In this document: in pieces, positions 39,048-60,032 of the stretch
Layout of the letters: each line of letters starts with the position of its first letter
Position numbering within the stretch: the first letter of the stretch is position 1
Assembly (NCBI GenBank): GCA_964019425.1
Contig: OZ025790.1
Coordinates: 372,001-436,000 of the forward strand
Length of the DNA stretch: 64,000 nt
Direction of reading: 5' to 3'
From: Flectonema sp. DT1601
Taxonomy: Eukaryota
Program-made: the position numbers and the translations under genes
The notes under the pieces: model-generated
Database searches by the model: none
Told to the model about the DNA's origin: nothing
What the model saw: the letters and a program-made list of their open reading frames with translations, nothing else

Positions 39048-42000
39048 ACAGGCTAAGTCATTTGTAGTTCATAGTTTACCTTTGATTTTATAACTTCACA
39101 TAGGTACTATGAACGATGAGAGATCCAGTGGGATCACTCAGGGTCTAGTAGAGACCACCAATGTTGTGCGTTGATAGGCAAGGTGACCAACCTTGACATT
39201 CTTTCTTTTCTCTCCTGTTGTGACAAACACAAAATACACACACAGCTTACAGTGTGTTCTTTGTGTATGTTTTCTTCAGGTGTGAGTAGTTTTTTTGTTC
39301 TTGCTCTTCAGGGAGGGCCTTAGCCAAAAGCTAACAGTCCAAATCTCACCTGGTAAACTCAACTCTTTTTTCTTTTCTTTCTTTTTTTTTTTTTTTTCTC
39401 TGCCTCTCTCTTAATTCTGTTCGTTTCTTTGAAACAAAAATTCATTTGAATATTATAATTAATCATTACAGGTTATTTACTGAAATATTTGTTCTAAAAG
39501 TTGCTAAGTATTTCTCACTTAGAAATTTTTTATTTTTTTATTTTCAGCTTAATTAGCTACAAATTGTTTCTACTAAGTGTTTCTCACTTAGATTTTTTTT
39601 TTGCTTTTCAGCTCCTTAAAAGCTGCTAAGTGTTTCTGCTAAGTGTTTCTCACTTAGAATTTTATTTTAATGTTCGTTTTCTATCCCTTCTCCTATCCCT
39701 TTTGTTCAAAATAAGCGGGAGGAAATTCTCTCATTCACGCTAAGATGCACTCTGAACTTTGATTTTTTGATCTGAGTGTGAGGGAATGACCTGTTAGTGC
39801 ATTGGGCATAGGCTGGGCTGCAGTTTAGATGTCTTAGGTGTTAATAGGGGGTTCCTCTTAGCATTTTTCTTTGTTCCCACCTTATGATTTTCTTGAAGAA
39901 AAAAAATAGAAGTCATAATGGTGCTTCCCTCTGGAAGGGTTGTAAGCCATGGTGTCCAACTAAATTAAAGGACAAGTCTGGGATAATCCCTGCCAGAGGG
40001 GCGAGTATTCTACCATGGTTGAAATACTCTGGCAACTGATCTTCAATTTTATGTTGTTTGTTAGCTGCTGGTGTATCTTGATCATGTGTTGATACTTGCA
40101 TTTTTTTATTTGTAATCTTCTATTACAATTCTCTTTCTGTTCTGGTCTGTTACTTCATTTGTCTTGTTTAACTTCAGTTATATCCATTTTACTTTTTATT
40201 GTTTCCCATCTACTTTTTATTTTCTATTAGTTCTGGTCAGAAACTCCTGGGCAGCAAGAAGGAAAGCAGTTTAGTACTTCTGGGTGTTTGGCATCACCCC
40301 CCATAGTGAGCAAGTACAACAGGTAGCATTGGTAGTCTGTTGATCCTGAGTGATCCCAGCTACAGTTTTGTTTTTCTTTCTTTTTTTTAGAAGAAGATCA
40401 GGACATCCAAGCACTGCTGGATAGTTGCTGAATGCAGGGCCTGCCTGTGGCATTATAATAACAGGCTAAGTCATTTGTAGTTCATAGTTTACCTTTGATT
40501 TTATAACTTCACATAGGTACTATGAACGATGAGAGATCCAGTGGGATCACTCAGGGTCTAGTAGAGACCACCAATGTTGTGCGTTGATAGGCAAGGTGAC
40601 CAACCTTGACATTCTTTCTTTTCTCTCCTGTTGTGACAAACACAAAATACACACACAGCTTACAGTGTGTTCTTTGTGTATGTTTTCTTCAGGTGTGAGT
40701 AGTTTTTTTTGTTCTTGCTCTTCAGGGAGGGCCTTAGCCAAAAGCTAACAGTCCAAATCTCACCTGGAAATTCAACTCAAAAAAGAAAGTTTACATCGGG
40801 AATAGGGCAGGAGCCAAAAGCTCCCAGTCCGTTACTTCCCACTTTATCGAAATTCAATGAAGATCTTCCTGAAGTTGTAAGCCATGGTGTCGTTAGCATT
40901 TTTCTTTGTTCCCACCTTATGATTTTCTTGAAGAAAAAAAATAGAAGTCATAATGGTGCTTCCCTCTGGAAGGGTTGTAAGCCATGGTGTCCAACTAAAT
41001 TAAAGGACAAGTCTGGGATAATCCCTGCCAGAGGGGCGAGTATTCTACCATGGTTGAAATACTCTGGCAACTGATCTTCAATTTTATGTTGTTTGTTAGC
41101 TGCTGGTGTATCTTGATCATGTGTTGGCGTTTATGTTTTGTTTTCAACAACAACACAACACCAACTAACAGGTTTGTCTCATCGCCCGTTCTTTCTTGTT
41201 TCCCTTTGCCGCCGGAAGAACGAAGGTCGACGGAGGTCCGAAGCATTGCTTGCGATGATGTTCCGGTGTGTTGCGTCTCTGTTATTGAGTTGAATTACCA
41301 GGTGAGATTTGGACTGTTAGCTTTTGGCTAAGGCCCTCCCTGAAGAGCAAGAACAAAAAAACTACTCACACCTGAAGAAAACATACACAAAGAACACACT
41401 GTAAGCTGTGTGTGTATTTTGTGTTTGTCACAACAGGAGAGAAAAGAAAGAATGTCAAGGTTGGTCACCTTGCCTATCAACGCACAACATTGGTGGTCTC
41501 TACTAGACCCTGAGTGATCCCACTGGATCTCTCATCGTTCATAGAACCTGTGTGAAGTTATAAAATCAAAGGTAAACTATGAACTAAATTTCGATAAAGT
41601 GGGAAGTAACGGACTGGGAGCTTTTGGCTCCTGCCCTATTCCCGATGTAAACTTTCTTTTTATTTTTTATTTTTTTTTAACAGGCCCAAAGGGCGACAAT
41701 GATGGTTGCTGACCAAGGAATAATATTCAAATGAATTTTCGTTTCAAAGAAACGAACAGAATTAAGAGAGAGGCAGAGAAAAAAAAAAAAAAAAAGAAAG
41801 AAAAGGAAATGACTTAGCCTGTTATTATAATGCCACAGGCAGGCCCTGCATTCAGCAACTATCCAGCAGTGCTTGGATGTCCTGATCTTCTTCTAAAAAA
41901 AAGAAAGAAAAACAAAACTGTAGCTGGGATCACTCAGGATCAACAGACTACCAATGCTACCTGTTGTACTTGCTCACTATGGGGGGTGATGCCAAACACC

Positions 42001-44995
42001 CAGAAGTACTTAACTGCTTTCCTTCTTGCTGCCCAGGAGTTTCTGACCAGAACTAATAGAAAATAAAAAGTAGATGGGAAACAATAAAAAGTAAGAGTTG
42101 AATTTACCAGGTGAGATTTGGACTGTTAGCTTTTGGCTAAGGCCCTCCCTGAAGAGCAAGAACAAAAAAACTACTCACACCTGAAGAAAACATACACAAA
42201 GAACACACTGTAAGCTGTGTGTGTATTTTGTGTTTGTCACAACAGGAGAGAAAAGAAAGAATGTCAAGGTTGGTCACCTTGCCTATCAACGCACGGATGG
42301 ATATAACTGAAGTTAAACAAGACAAATGAAGTAACAGACCAGAACAGAAAGAGAATAAAAAGAAAAGATATAGGCAAGAGTTATTGTAGTGAAAGATTAC
42401 AAATTAAAAAATGCAAGTATCAACACATGATCAAGATACACCAGCAGCTAACAAACAACATAAAATTGAAGATCAGTTGCCAGAGTATTTCAACCATGAT
42501 AGAATACTCGCCCCTCTGGCAGGGATTATCCCAGACTTGTCCTTTAATTTAGTTGGACACCATGGCTTACAACCCTTCCAGAGGGAAGCACCATTATGAC
42601 TTCTATTTTTTTTCTTCAAGAAAGCAATGAAAAAAAAACAATGATAACATTGTTTTTTTTTTTTTTTTTTTTTTTTAAATCCTTTTAATTATTTTAAAGA
42701 AAAAACAATCAGTTTAGCGTCCTGACCAGGACGGAAAATAGAAAGTAATCGACATAGTCGATCGATAAAAAAATACAATGATAACATTGTTTATTCCTTT
42801 TTTTTTTTTTTCTTTCTTTTTATTTTTTTTTAAAGAAAAAAAACAATCAGTTTAGCGTCCTGACCAGGACGAAAAATAGAAAGCGATCGACATAGTCGAT
42901 CGATAAAAAAACAATGATAACATTGTCTATGATTTCGATAAATTGGGAAGTAACGGACTGGGAGCTTTTGGCTCCTGCCCTATTCCCGATGTAAACTTTC
43001 TTTTTATTTTTATTTTTTTTTTTTTTACATCCATTTTATTATTTTTTTAAAGAAAAAACAATCAGTTTAGCGTCTTGACCAGGACGGAAAATAGAAAGTG
43101 ATCGACATAGTCGATCGATAAAAAAACAATGATAACATTGTCTATGATTTCGATAAATTGGGAAGTAACGGACTGGGAGCTTTTGGCTCCTGCCCTATTC
43201 CCGATGTAAACTTTCTTTTTATTTTTATTTTTTTTTTTTTTAAATCCATTTTATTATTTTTTTAAAGAAAAAACAATCAGTTTAGCGTCTTGACCAGGAC
43301 GGAAAATAGAAAGTAATTGACATAGTCGATCGATAAAAAAAAACAATGATAACATTGTTTATTCCTTTTTTTTTTTTTATTCTTTTTATTTATTTTTAAA
43401 GAAAAAACAATCAGTTTAGCGTCCTGACCAGGACGGAAAATAGAAAGTGATCGACATAGTCAATCGATAAAAAAAACAATGATAACATTGTTTATTCTTT
43501 TTTTTTTTTTTTTTTTAAATCCTTTTTATTATTTTTTAAAGAAAAAACAATCAGTTTAGCGTCTTGACCAGGACGGAAAATAGAAAGTAATCGACAAAGT
43601 CGATCGATAAAAAAAACAATGATAACATTGTTTATTCTTTTTTTTTTTTTTTGATATTCTTTTTAGCAGTTTAGATGTCTTAGGTGTTAATAGGGGGTTC
43701 CTCTTAGCATTTTTCTTTGTTACCACCTTATGATTTTCTTGAAGAAAAAAAATAGAAGTCATAATGGTGCTTCCCTCTGGAAGGGTTGTAAGCCATGGTG
43801 TCCAACTAAATTAAAGGACAAGTCTGGGATAATCCCTGCCAGAGGGGCGAGTATTCTACCATGGTTGAAATACTCTGGCAACTGATCTTCAATTTTATGT
43901 TGTTTGTTAGCTGCTGGTGTATCTTGATCATGTGTTGATACTTGCATTTTTTTATTTGTAATCTTTCACTACAATAACTCTTGCCTATATCTTTTCTTTT
44001 TATTCTCTTTCTGTTCTGGTCTGTTACTTCATTTGTCTTGTTTAACTTCAGTTATATCCATTTTACTTTTTATTGTTTCCCATCTACTTTTTATTTTCTA
44101 TTAGTTCTGGTCAGAAACTCCTGGGCAGCAAGAAGGAAAGCAGTTTAGTACTTCTGGGTGTTTGGCATCACCCCCCATAGTGAGCAAGTACAACAGGTAG
44201 CATTGGTAGTCTGTTGATCCTGAGTGATCCCAGCTACAGTTTTGTTTTTCTTTCTTTTTTTTAGAAGAAGATCAGGACATCCAAGCACTGCTGGATAGTT
44301 GCTGAATGCAGGGCCTGCCTGTGGCATTATAATAACAGGCTAAGTCATTTGTAGTTCATAGTTTACCTTTGATTTTATAACTTCACATAGGTACTATGAA
44401 CGATGAGAGATCCAGTGGGATCACTCAGGGTCTAGTAGAGACCACCAATGTTGTGCGTTGATAGGCAAGGTGACCAACCTTGACATTCTTTCTTTTCTCT
44501 CCTGTTGTGACAAACACAAAATACACACACAGCTTACAGTGTGTTCTTTGTGTATGTTTTCTTCAGGTGCGAGTAGTTTTTTAGTTCTTGCTCTTCCCTC
44601 CCTTAGCCAAAAGCTAACAGTCCAAATCTCACCTGGTAACTCAACCCAGTCTTTGTCAGTTTTGGCATCAAACCTGTAATGGTTTCATCATTGAATTTAA
44701 CTACCATTTCAACAGGTTATTTACTTAATATATTTGTTCTAAAAGTTGCTAAGTATCTCTCACTTAGAATTTTTTTTATTTTTTTATTTTCAGCTCAATT
44801 AGCTACAAAGTGTTTCTACTAAGTGTTTCTCACTTAGAATTTTATTTTAATGTTCGTTTTCTATCCCTTCTCCTATCCCTTTTGTTCAAAAAAAGCGATG
44901 GGAAATTCTCTCATTCACGCTAAGATGCACTCTGAACTTTGATTTTTTGATCTGAGTGTGAGGGAATGACCTGTTAGTGCATTGGGCATAAGCTG
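39048..44995. repeat. Mosaic of family A, B, C and satellite fragments in both orientations
   Basis: Family A ORFs at 39913, 41830(+), 42411(+) and 43759; family C fragment at ~41125-41285; satellite at ~42630-43665. Confidence 0.85.
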
Positions 44996-45828
44996 TGCTT
45001 GTGATTCCTTTTGAAATTATTTTTTTTTGTTTTTTTGGATTTCCGACTCTTCTCATTCTCTCTCTCTCGCTGATATTTTTTTTTTTTTTAAATTTTCTTT
45101 TCATAGCGTCACTGTGGTGTCATATCATTCTCCAGTCATCGTGATTGATGAACTAGAGCTAGCAGTCCTACATTCCCTTACATGCTGAGGGGTTTCACAT
45201 TCACTTATTTCACTTTGTGTGGGATTCGGTTCTGCAAATCTGAATGCATGCAGCTGAGTGGCGAAAGAGTGGTGGTGGAAGACTATCGTTCCCTGGGTTC
45301 GTTTTAAAATTGTCATCGCAGACCGATGATATCGATGATAAATCATTTGCATTGTTGTTCGATGAAACACATGGCGATGATATAACAGATAACAAATCAA
45401 AAGTGAGATTGGGTCCCAAGGTGGCAGATAAACCTGATGAGGTAGTTGTTAGGGTCGATGATGAAACCGATGATTAGATGAATGACGAAACTGAAGATAA
45501 AGATGAAAACGAGACGGATGATGAACTACTATGTGTTTCATTAGTATTTGGGGTTGGGGGTGGAATAGTTCTTTCTTCTTCAGCAAATAAACACAAACAA
45601 GCAGTCACAGTAGCTTGAGAGGGCTTACATCAAGGAATGCCCAAACTGCAAATATATCGACATCGAAGGAAGACCCGTTTGATTTTCTGGGCATCATTTC
45701 TGTTGGCGGAATTGGTCGCACATTCATTTTTGAGTACTATACAGTTTATTACTATTTTCACGTAGTCAAATCATCACTACCTATTTGCGGTACAAGATTA
45801 TTTCAGCTCATTCCTTCTTCAGCAACAA

Positions 45829-46938
45829 ATGGCATGGTTGCAATCTCCCGTTACTGCTAGGCTGCGTGATACAAATGGTACTAAAAATGTTGAAATAAAT
45901 AACACGAAAAATATTAACACTTTTGAAAGTGATTTATTCGAAGGAGAACTGCTTGCCTGCATTAAGGGTGTTCGGGGGGAAGGAAATCCGTTTGAAGAAT
46001 TATATGCAGGTGATAAAAGGATATTATCTATTGTAATTTCAGGAAAATTTAAGAAGGAGTTATCGTGTGAATCTGTTACCTGTGGGATGCAGTTTCAGGA
46101 ACCACTTCAAAATTTACCCTGGGGAGTGATCTTGACACCCATTGAAAAGATCATAACTGCCTTGTCACCAGGTTCTGTGTGTGATTTACAAGGTACAAAG
46201 CCAAGATTGATGAACTTGTTGGTAACAGGTGCTGATGTGGTCCATAGCTCTCCTCAAAAGATTAATATTCTAACACAGCCTCTGCAGGAAAATTCCTCCT
46301 TCGGTGGTACAGTCCCTTCAGATAGAATGCGACTCACAAAACAACAGCTTTCAGAACACACATTCAAGACATCACTTTATTATGCGTTTGAATTTTGGTC
46401 TGACAAAATTGATTTGGAATCTTTCTGTTGTATCATTCCAGGAATTCCCAGAATTAGGTTAGCTCAATATTTAGGTGTTCAGGCGTATCCTGTTGTTGCT
46501 GTTGATTCCAATGGGTGTCCTCTATGGGATATTTGTATTAATAACAGCGTTCAGTTTGGGGGGGTTGAAGACCCAAAGTTAGAATACAAAAGTACCATAT
46601 CGGATACTCCTGCAGACATATCGGATACTCCTGCAGACATATCGGATACTCCTACAGAGGTGATAGCACCAACTGGCAGTGTTGTTAGTGGTCGTCGTCG
46701 TTCTGTAGTCCCTCCTGGCCGCCCTTCTCCCCCTCGAAAGAATACCAGCGTTGGTGTGCCTCCCACAATGGGTATTGTCTCATTTACCATATTCTTATTA
46801 CTGCTGTGGGCTAGTAGCAGTGGTAGGCTTTCTGTGTCTTTGCCGAACTGTTTTGGCATGTCTCCCGATGGAGTAAAATTAATTGATTCTGTTGCGTGTT
46901 TGGGGCTTGCTAGCGCAATTGGTTATGCGATCGCGTAG
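45829..46938 (+). CDS. DUF1769-like protein with predicted C-terminal membrane segments
   Basis: 369-aa ORF. FESDLFEGELL...KRILSIVISGKFK resembles DUF1769 from memory. Has ISDTPAD repeats and a hydrophobic C-terminus. Confidence 0.7.
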   Translation: MAWLQSPVTARLRDTNGTKNVEINNTKNINTFESDLFEGELLACIKGVRGEGNPFEELYAGDKRILSIVISGKFKKELSCESVTCGMQFQEPLQNLPWGVILTPIEKIITALSPGSVCDLQGTKPRLMNLLVTGADVVHSSPQKINILTQPLQENSSFGGTVPSDRMRLTKQQLSEHTFKTSLYYAFEFWSDKIDLESFCCIIPGIPRIRLAQYLGVQAYPVVAVDSNGCPLWDICINNSVQFGGVEDPKLEYKSTISDTPADISDTPADISDTPTEVIAPTGSVVSGRRRSVVPPGRPSPPRKNTSVGVPPTMGIVSFTIFLLLLWASSSGRLSVSLPNCFGMSPDGVKLIDSVACLGLASAIGYAIA

Positions 46939-47240
46939 GTAACAAACCGCATCATAGTCTATCATAGAGACTCGCAGATAACTGTACAGTTAGGAGTTAA
47001 ACTGACTGAATCGCTTTGTCTGAACTGAATTATTTCCGATGACTGATTTAGTTTCATTATATAAAGGACTTCTTTAAGTGTTATTCTCACTTCCTTAACA
47101 GGAAGATGTAAGTCATGGAATGTTGTATTCGTGGTTATCGGATGTGGGTAAGGAATATTTTATCTGATAGTTGGTTCAGGATTATTATTATTTTTTCCCG
47201 TTCTCCTTTTTTAGAATAAATCCACTGGGAAGTAATAAAA

Positions 47241-48800
47241 ATGGGTCACTTCGCTATTATCGGAAGCGACGGCATAGCCACTGAGCTTGGTGCCTCGCTA
47301 CTGAGCGAAGGTATTGCTAGCCGTGTTGTTTTCATGGATGAGGATGAGAAATTAGCAGAAAAAGCAACAAACGCTGTTAACAAAAATGCCTGTCGTGGAA
47401 TATTGTTAAAAGGACCAACTGATCTAAAATTAGATCTCACAAACCATGATATACAACAGGTAATAATAAACATAGGTGGCTATGCTTCAGGGAAATACCC
47501 TCCAATTACTAACAAAGATGAAGACTACGAAACTATTTCACAACGTAATGCTAGTGTTATGAAAGCTTACTATGAAAAGCCTGCTGAGTACCTTATAGCT
47601 GCTGCAGCATATTTAAAAGAAAGGTACGCTTCTAACCGTACTGATATAAGAACATCAGCCACAGCACATCTCGGAAAGGATCGTAACATTATCTCAATAG
47701 TGGGATCACGTCTGACTAAATACATGTTAGGCATACCAACAAAAGGTAGTTTCATCGCAGCTAAATCTGCTCTTAACTCACTGGCAATGTCACTTTCTCG
47801 TGACATGACAGCGAAGGGTATTACAGTAAGTATCGTGAACCCTGATTCAAAATGCAGCATTTCTTCAATTATCGATTCGTTCTTGTTAATGTACAGGGCT
47901 TCCCCTTCCTGTGACGTCACAGCTATTGACTTGGTTTCAATAAAAGACTGTAAACTCGGAATATATAATCCAAATAAAAACCTAAAAGGACACGTTGCCG
48001 TTGTAACTGGAGGATCCAACGGTATTGGCCGCGGAATAGCTATTGGTCTTGCAAGCCAAGGATGTGATATTGCTATCATTGGAAGGAACGAAAAGGACTT
48101 GAGAAGCGCTGCTCAAGAGTGCAAAGCCGCAAGTCCTACGTCAGTTATAAAATATTATCAAGTAGATGTCAATGATAGTGAATTGTTAAAGAAAACAATA
48201 GAAGACGCGGCACAATATTTTGGAAGAATCTCATGTTTGGTTTGCAGTGCAGGTGTCAACAGGCGTAGGAATGCCCTACTTCGCGATTCACAAAACCCCA
48301 AGAAATGGAAAATTGCTTCCCCTGAAGTCTGGGGTGATATGGTTGATGTGAACCTTAAGTCAGCTATGAGCGTGACGCAGTACTGCTTGCCATTTCTTGC
48401 AGATAGTGCTTGTGACCCTCGGCTTAGAGGAGGTCCAACCATTATCTATATCAGTTCGAGTATAACAAAGATTCCTTGGTCTCCTGTTGGAGGTCAAGTG
48501 TCTTACCAAACTACAAAGACTGCTCTTACTTCATTCTGTAATGGTATCCATCGTGATGTTAGTTCATTTGGAATCAAGTCTGTTGCATTCCATCCTGAAT
48601 TAGTTGATACTGCTTTGGGAACCCGCAGTCAAAATGGTAACAAACCAGCGTCACCAGAATACCTCATTCAAATAACAGACATGTCGTTAGCAGCTGACTA
48701 CGCTATACGGTGTTTGTCTAATCCAATTTCTATTGATTTCTTAAATGTTGGTGATGTTCAGCCAAAAAATAAACCCCCTCCTGTAAAGGGAAAACTTTAG
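47241..48800 (+). CDS. Double-domain short-chain dehydrogenase/reductase
   Basis: Second domain has VVTGGSNGIG, SAG and YQTTK; the first domain is degenerate; the protein ends in GKL. Confidence 0.85.
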   Translation: MGHFAIIGSDGIATELGASLLSEGIASRVVFMDEDEKLAEKATNAVNKNACRGILLKGPTDLKLDLTNHDIQQVIINIGGYASGKYPPITNKDEDYETISQRNASVMKAYYEKPAEYLIAAAAYLKERYASNRTDIRTSATAHLGKDRNIISIVGSRLTKYMLGIPTKGSFIAAKSALNSLAMSLSRDMTAKGITVSIVNPDSKCSISSIIDSFLLMYRASPSCDVTAIDLVSIKDCKLGIYNPNKNLKGHVAVVTGGSNGIGRGIAIGLASQGCDIAIIGRNEKDLRSAAQECKAASPTSVIKYYQVDVNDSELLKKTIEDAAQYFGRISCLVCSAGVNRRRNALLRDSQNPKKWKIASPEVWGDMVDVNLKSAMSVTQYCLPFLADSACDPRLRGGPTIIYISSSITKIPWSPVGGQVSYQTTKTALTSFCNGIHRDVSSFGIKSVAFHPELVDTALGTRSQNGNKPASPEYLIQITDMSLAADYAIRCLSNPISIDFLNVGDVQPKNKPPPVKGKL

Positions 48801-49998
48801 GCACGGTTCCCAGTCTGGTCGGGTCTGTAGCAGAATTCTTGTTGCAATAGTGCAATATACTTGGAGTAAACGTACGTTAGCTGACACTGATAAATGTTGA
48901 CGGAGTAGTGCGGGTTGTGCTAACTGTGTTAGTATTAACATTATAATTACTATTGTTATCCAACTGAGGGTCGTAAGGCATTTCCCCCGCGTACATTATA
49001 CTTCCAACAGATATATAGAGACGTTAAACTAATTTGATGGAACGATATATTTGAAGAGTCTCTTGATATTAAAAGTCGCTAGTGGTTGCTGTTGCAGAGT
49101 AAAAACTACCGCGATTATGTGTGATTAAGTATTTAATTAACTTCTTCCTCTTACCAACTCCAAAGGGTTTTGGTGTGCACTTGTACACAATAACTTAAGG
49201 ATGCCGATCGTTACAAAATATTTTCTCTTCCCTACCCCCCATTTCTTTTTTTCACGTACGTAAAGTTGGTTGACTTCTCGTACAACTAGTGAGGAGGAGT
49301 TTGTGCATCTTTTGTCGAATTATACGATTCATGTCCCGATTCGTTTTTTTTTTTTTTTTTTGGACCACCCTCCGAAAAAAAAAAACAAGAAAACTAAAAA
49401 TAAAATAAAACATCACAACAGAAAGCTATCCTTGTTCTTTCTTAGTTTAGAGTCATTTCTTCCCTCTATATGGCATTGGTTGTGTTGATTCGAACCCTCT
49501 CCAGAGAGTAGCGTTAGTACAGACACGGATCTGCTATGCAGGGAAGTGACTTGAACTCGTTCAACTAATTAGTGCTTTGGGCTATAAACTAGTCAGTGCA
49601 CATTCTGTTGTTTAGAGTCATCGCTTCCTCTCAAAAAACGCGGATTGGTTGTGCTGGTTTAAACTTTCCAACGCTGACGCGAGAAGGGTTTATTGTGTTC
49701 CTTTTTCTGTTTGATGTTTCACTCATCAGTTGTTTTATACCAGACAATCTGTTTATGTTCAAAGATGAAGACTGCTCACATCCTCGATTACATGAGTAAA
49801 GTTGTTTAGTATCTAAGAAGAAGGATATGATCTATTATTTATTGTTTCCTTGCAGTTCAGATATTTCTCAAAAGTAATGAAGACTGCTCACTGTTACCGA
49901 TGTTTGGAGACTTTCACTGGAACTTCCGCTGACTTGTCCCTATATTGTATTTATTTATTTATTTATTTCCTCTCCCCGATTCAGTTATTTTTAATTAA

Positions 49999-58390
<8,392 letters not shown>

Positions 58391-58957
58391 AAAGTATTTC
58401 TTTTCTCTCTCTGAAAAAAAAAAAAAAAGAAAATTAAAAAATTAACAGTAAAGAGAAAAAAAACACTATTTGTTCCATTTTAAACGCTCTCCCGACAACG
58501 AATATGTCTGGTAGCAATCCAGTTGTTAACTGTGTAAGCTTCGTATGCTGTGCTGAATTGCCTGGTAGCTTTCGACCGGACAATCAGAACGCAGCAGTTT
58601 CTTCCTCTCCGGTGTGTCATGTTGTTTATATGACACACAAACAGAATAAAAAAAAACTTCCTTTTTTCCTCTCGAAATGCTGGATCGCGTTGCATTCAGT
58701 GTTACGATTTTCCGTGTGTTGAGCTGTGCCTCGTTTTCTTTGTTATGTGTCTTCTTTTTCCTATTGTTGGAGATGGGAGTGTTGTAATGTTCGTACAGAC
58801 GTATTTGTGTATTTTATGTTAATGCAGGCTACCTCAACACTCTAATGTGAATTAATGTAATTGACTCTATTCTGTTGGTGAGTAGGACTTGATTGACTGA
58901 GATGTCGTAATTATGATTTTTTTTTTTTTAGATATTTTATTATCTTCTAACATTAAA

Positions 58958-59455
58958 ATGGGTGACTGCGTACGTTGGGCCGACCTCAGTGATGACGAGA
59001 TGGAATTTGGAGACCCTACCGAGGTCTTTGGTAAACTTCCTGAAGCGTCATCCCCTGGGATTTCAATCGACACTGAAGAAGTTCGCCAACAAAAGATTAA
59101 GGAGGCTCAGAGAGTTGCTCAGTTGGCAAAGAAAAAGAAGAGAGGTTTCACTCCACCTACCACTCCTCCAAATCAGGGGATTAGTTTGGGTAATAGAAAT
59201 ACTTACAGCAGTGGGTCGTACAATTCTGGTTCGTCTGCTGGAGTTGGTGCTTGGAGAAAAAAACTTCCAATGACAATCACACAGCCAGACCTTGACCAGG
59301 CTATTGACCAGATTACTTCACCGATTGAGGCACCGTTTGCTTCAAAGAAAAGTCAACTGACTATTTCTGAGCCGCATGTAACATGTTTTCCAGCACTAGT
59401 ATCTGATCCTTCTATAAGTGACATCGCTGCATCGTTAGTTAACATGCAATGGTAA
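58958..59455 (+). CDS. Hypothetical protein (165 aa)
   Basis: ORF starting MGDCVRWADLSDDE, preceded by poly-T-AG and AAAATG; family not recognised. Confidence 0.6.
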   Translation: MGDCVRWADLSDDEMEFGDPTEVFGKLPEASSPGISIDTEEVRQQKIKEAQRVAQLAKKKKRGFTPPTTPPNQGISLGNRNTYSSGSYNSGSSAGVGAWRKKLPMTITQPDLDQAIDQITSPIEAPFASKKSQLTISEPHVTCFPALVSDPSISDIAASLVNMQW

Positions 59456-59749
59456 GTTACTGTTAACCATTACTGGTTTACAAATAGTTATAATCCGCAT
59501 TAAGGGTTTACGTGACTTGACTTCTTCAATTCAAGTGAGGATATGACGGTATGATAAGTGCTTGAGAGAAGGCGTAAAATAATTAAAAAAAAAAAAAAAA
59601 ATACTTGTTTTACATTATTACAGTAACGGAGTTGTTCTTGTGAGGAAATCACTAAAATTATTCCGTTTTTCATGGTATCATTTTTTTTTTTTTTTTTTTT
59701 TTTTCCCCTTCCCTTGTAAAAGTACTGATGGGAATAGTGATGAAAACAG

Positions 59750-59782
<33 letters not shown>

Positions 59783-59995
59783 GCTTGAATACCTACCCCT
59801 TGCGGATTTAAAAAAAATTAAAAAAATAAATTAAAAACACTGTGTTCCTGACACAACATGACCGCAGTATGTATGGGGGTTTGAATGCCATATATTCTTA
59901 TTAGTTCGTTAATATGATTTCAGTCTTTTGCAACTATTCGCGTCTTTTTGCGGTAGTTTTCCATTTTGTTACATCCGTGTTTAATACACGATCAC

Positions 59996-60032
<37 letters not shown>

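Noticed and set aside
106..44679. Many recurring 60-156 aa ORFs in the repeat families
   Set aside because: They recur only because the DNA is repeated. They show no domains, many have non-ATG starts, and many contain homopolymer-derived K/F runs.
45727..45762. TACAGTTT segment reminiscent of a euglenozoan spliced leader
   Set aside because: The match is too short, it is single copy, and there is no SL-RNA gene context.
45125..45860. Possible gene between the repeats and the DUF1769-like gene
   Set aside because: Only short, inconsistent ORFs on both strands with no recognisable motif.
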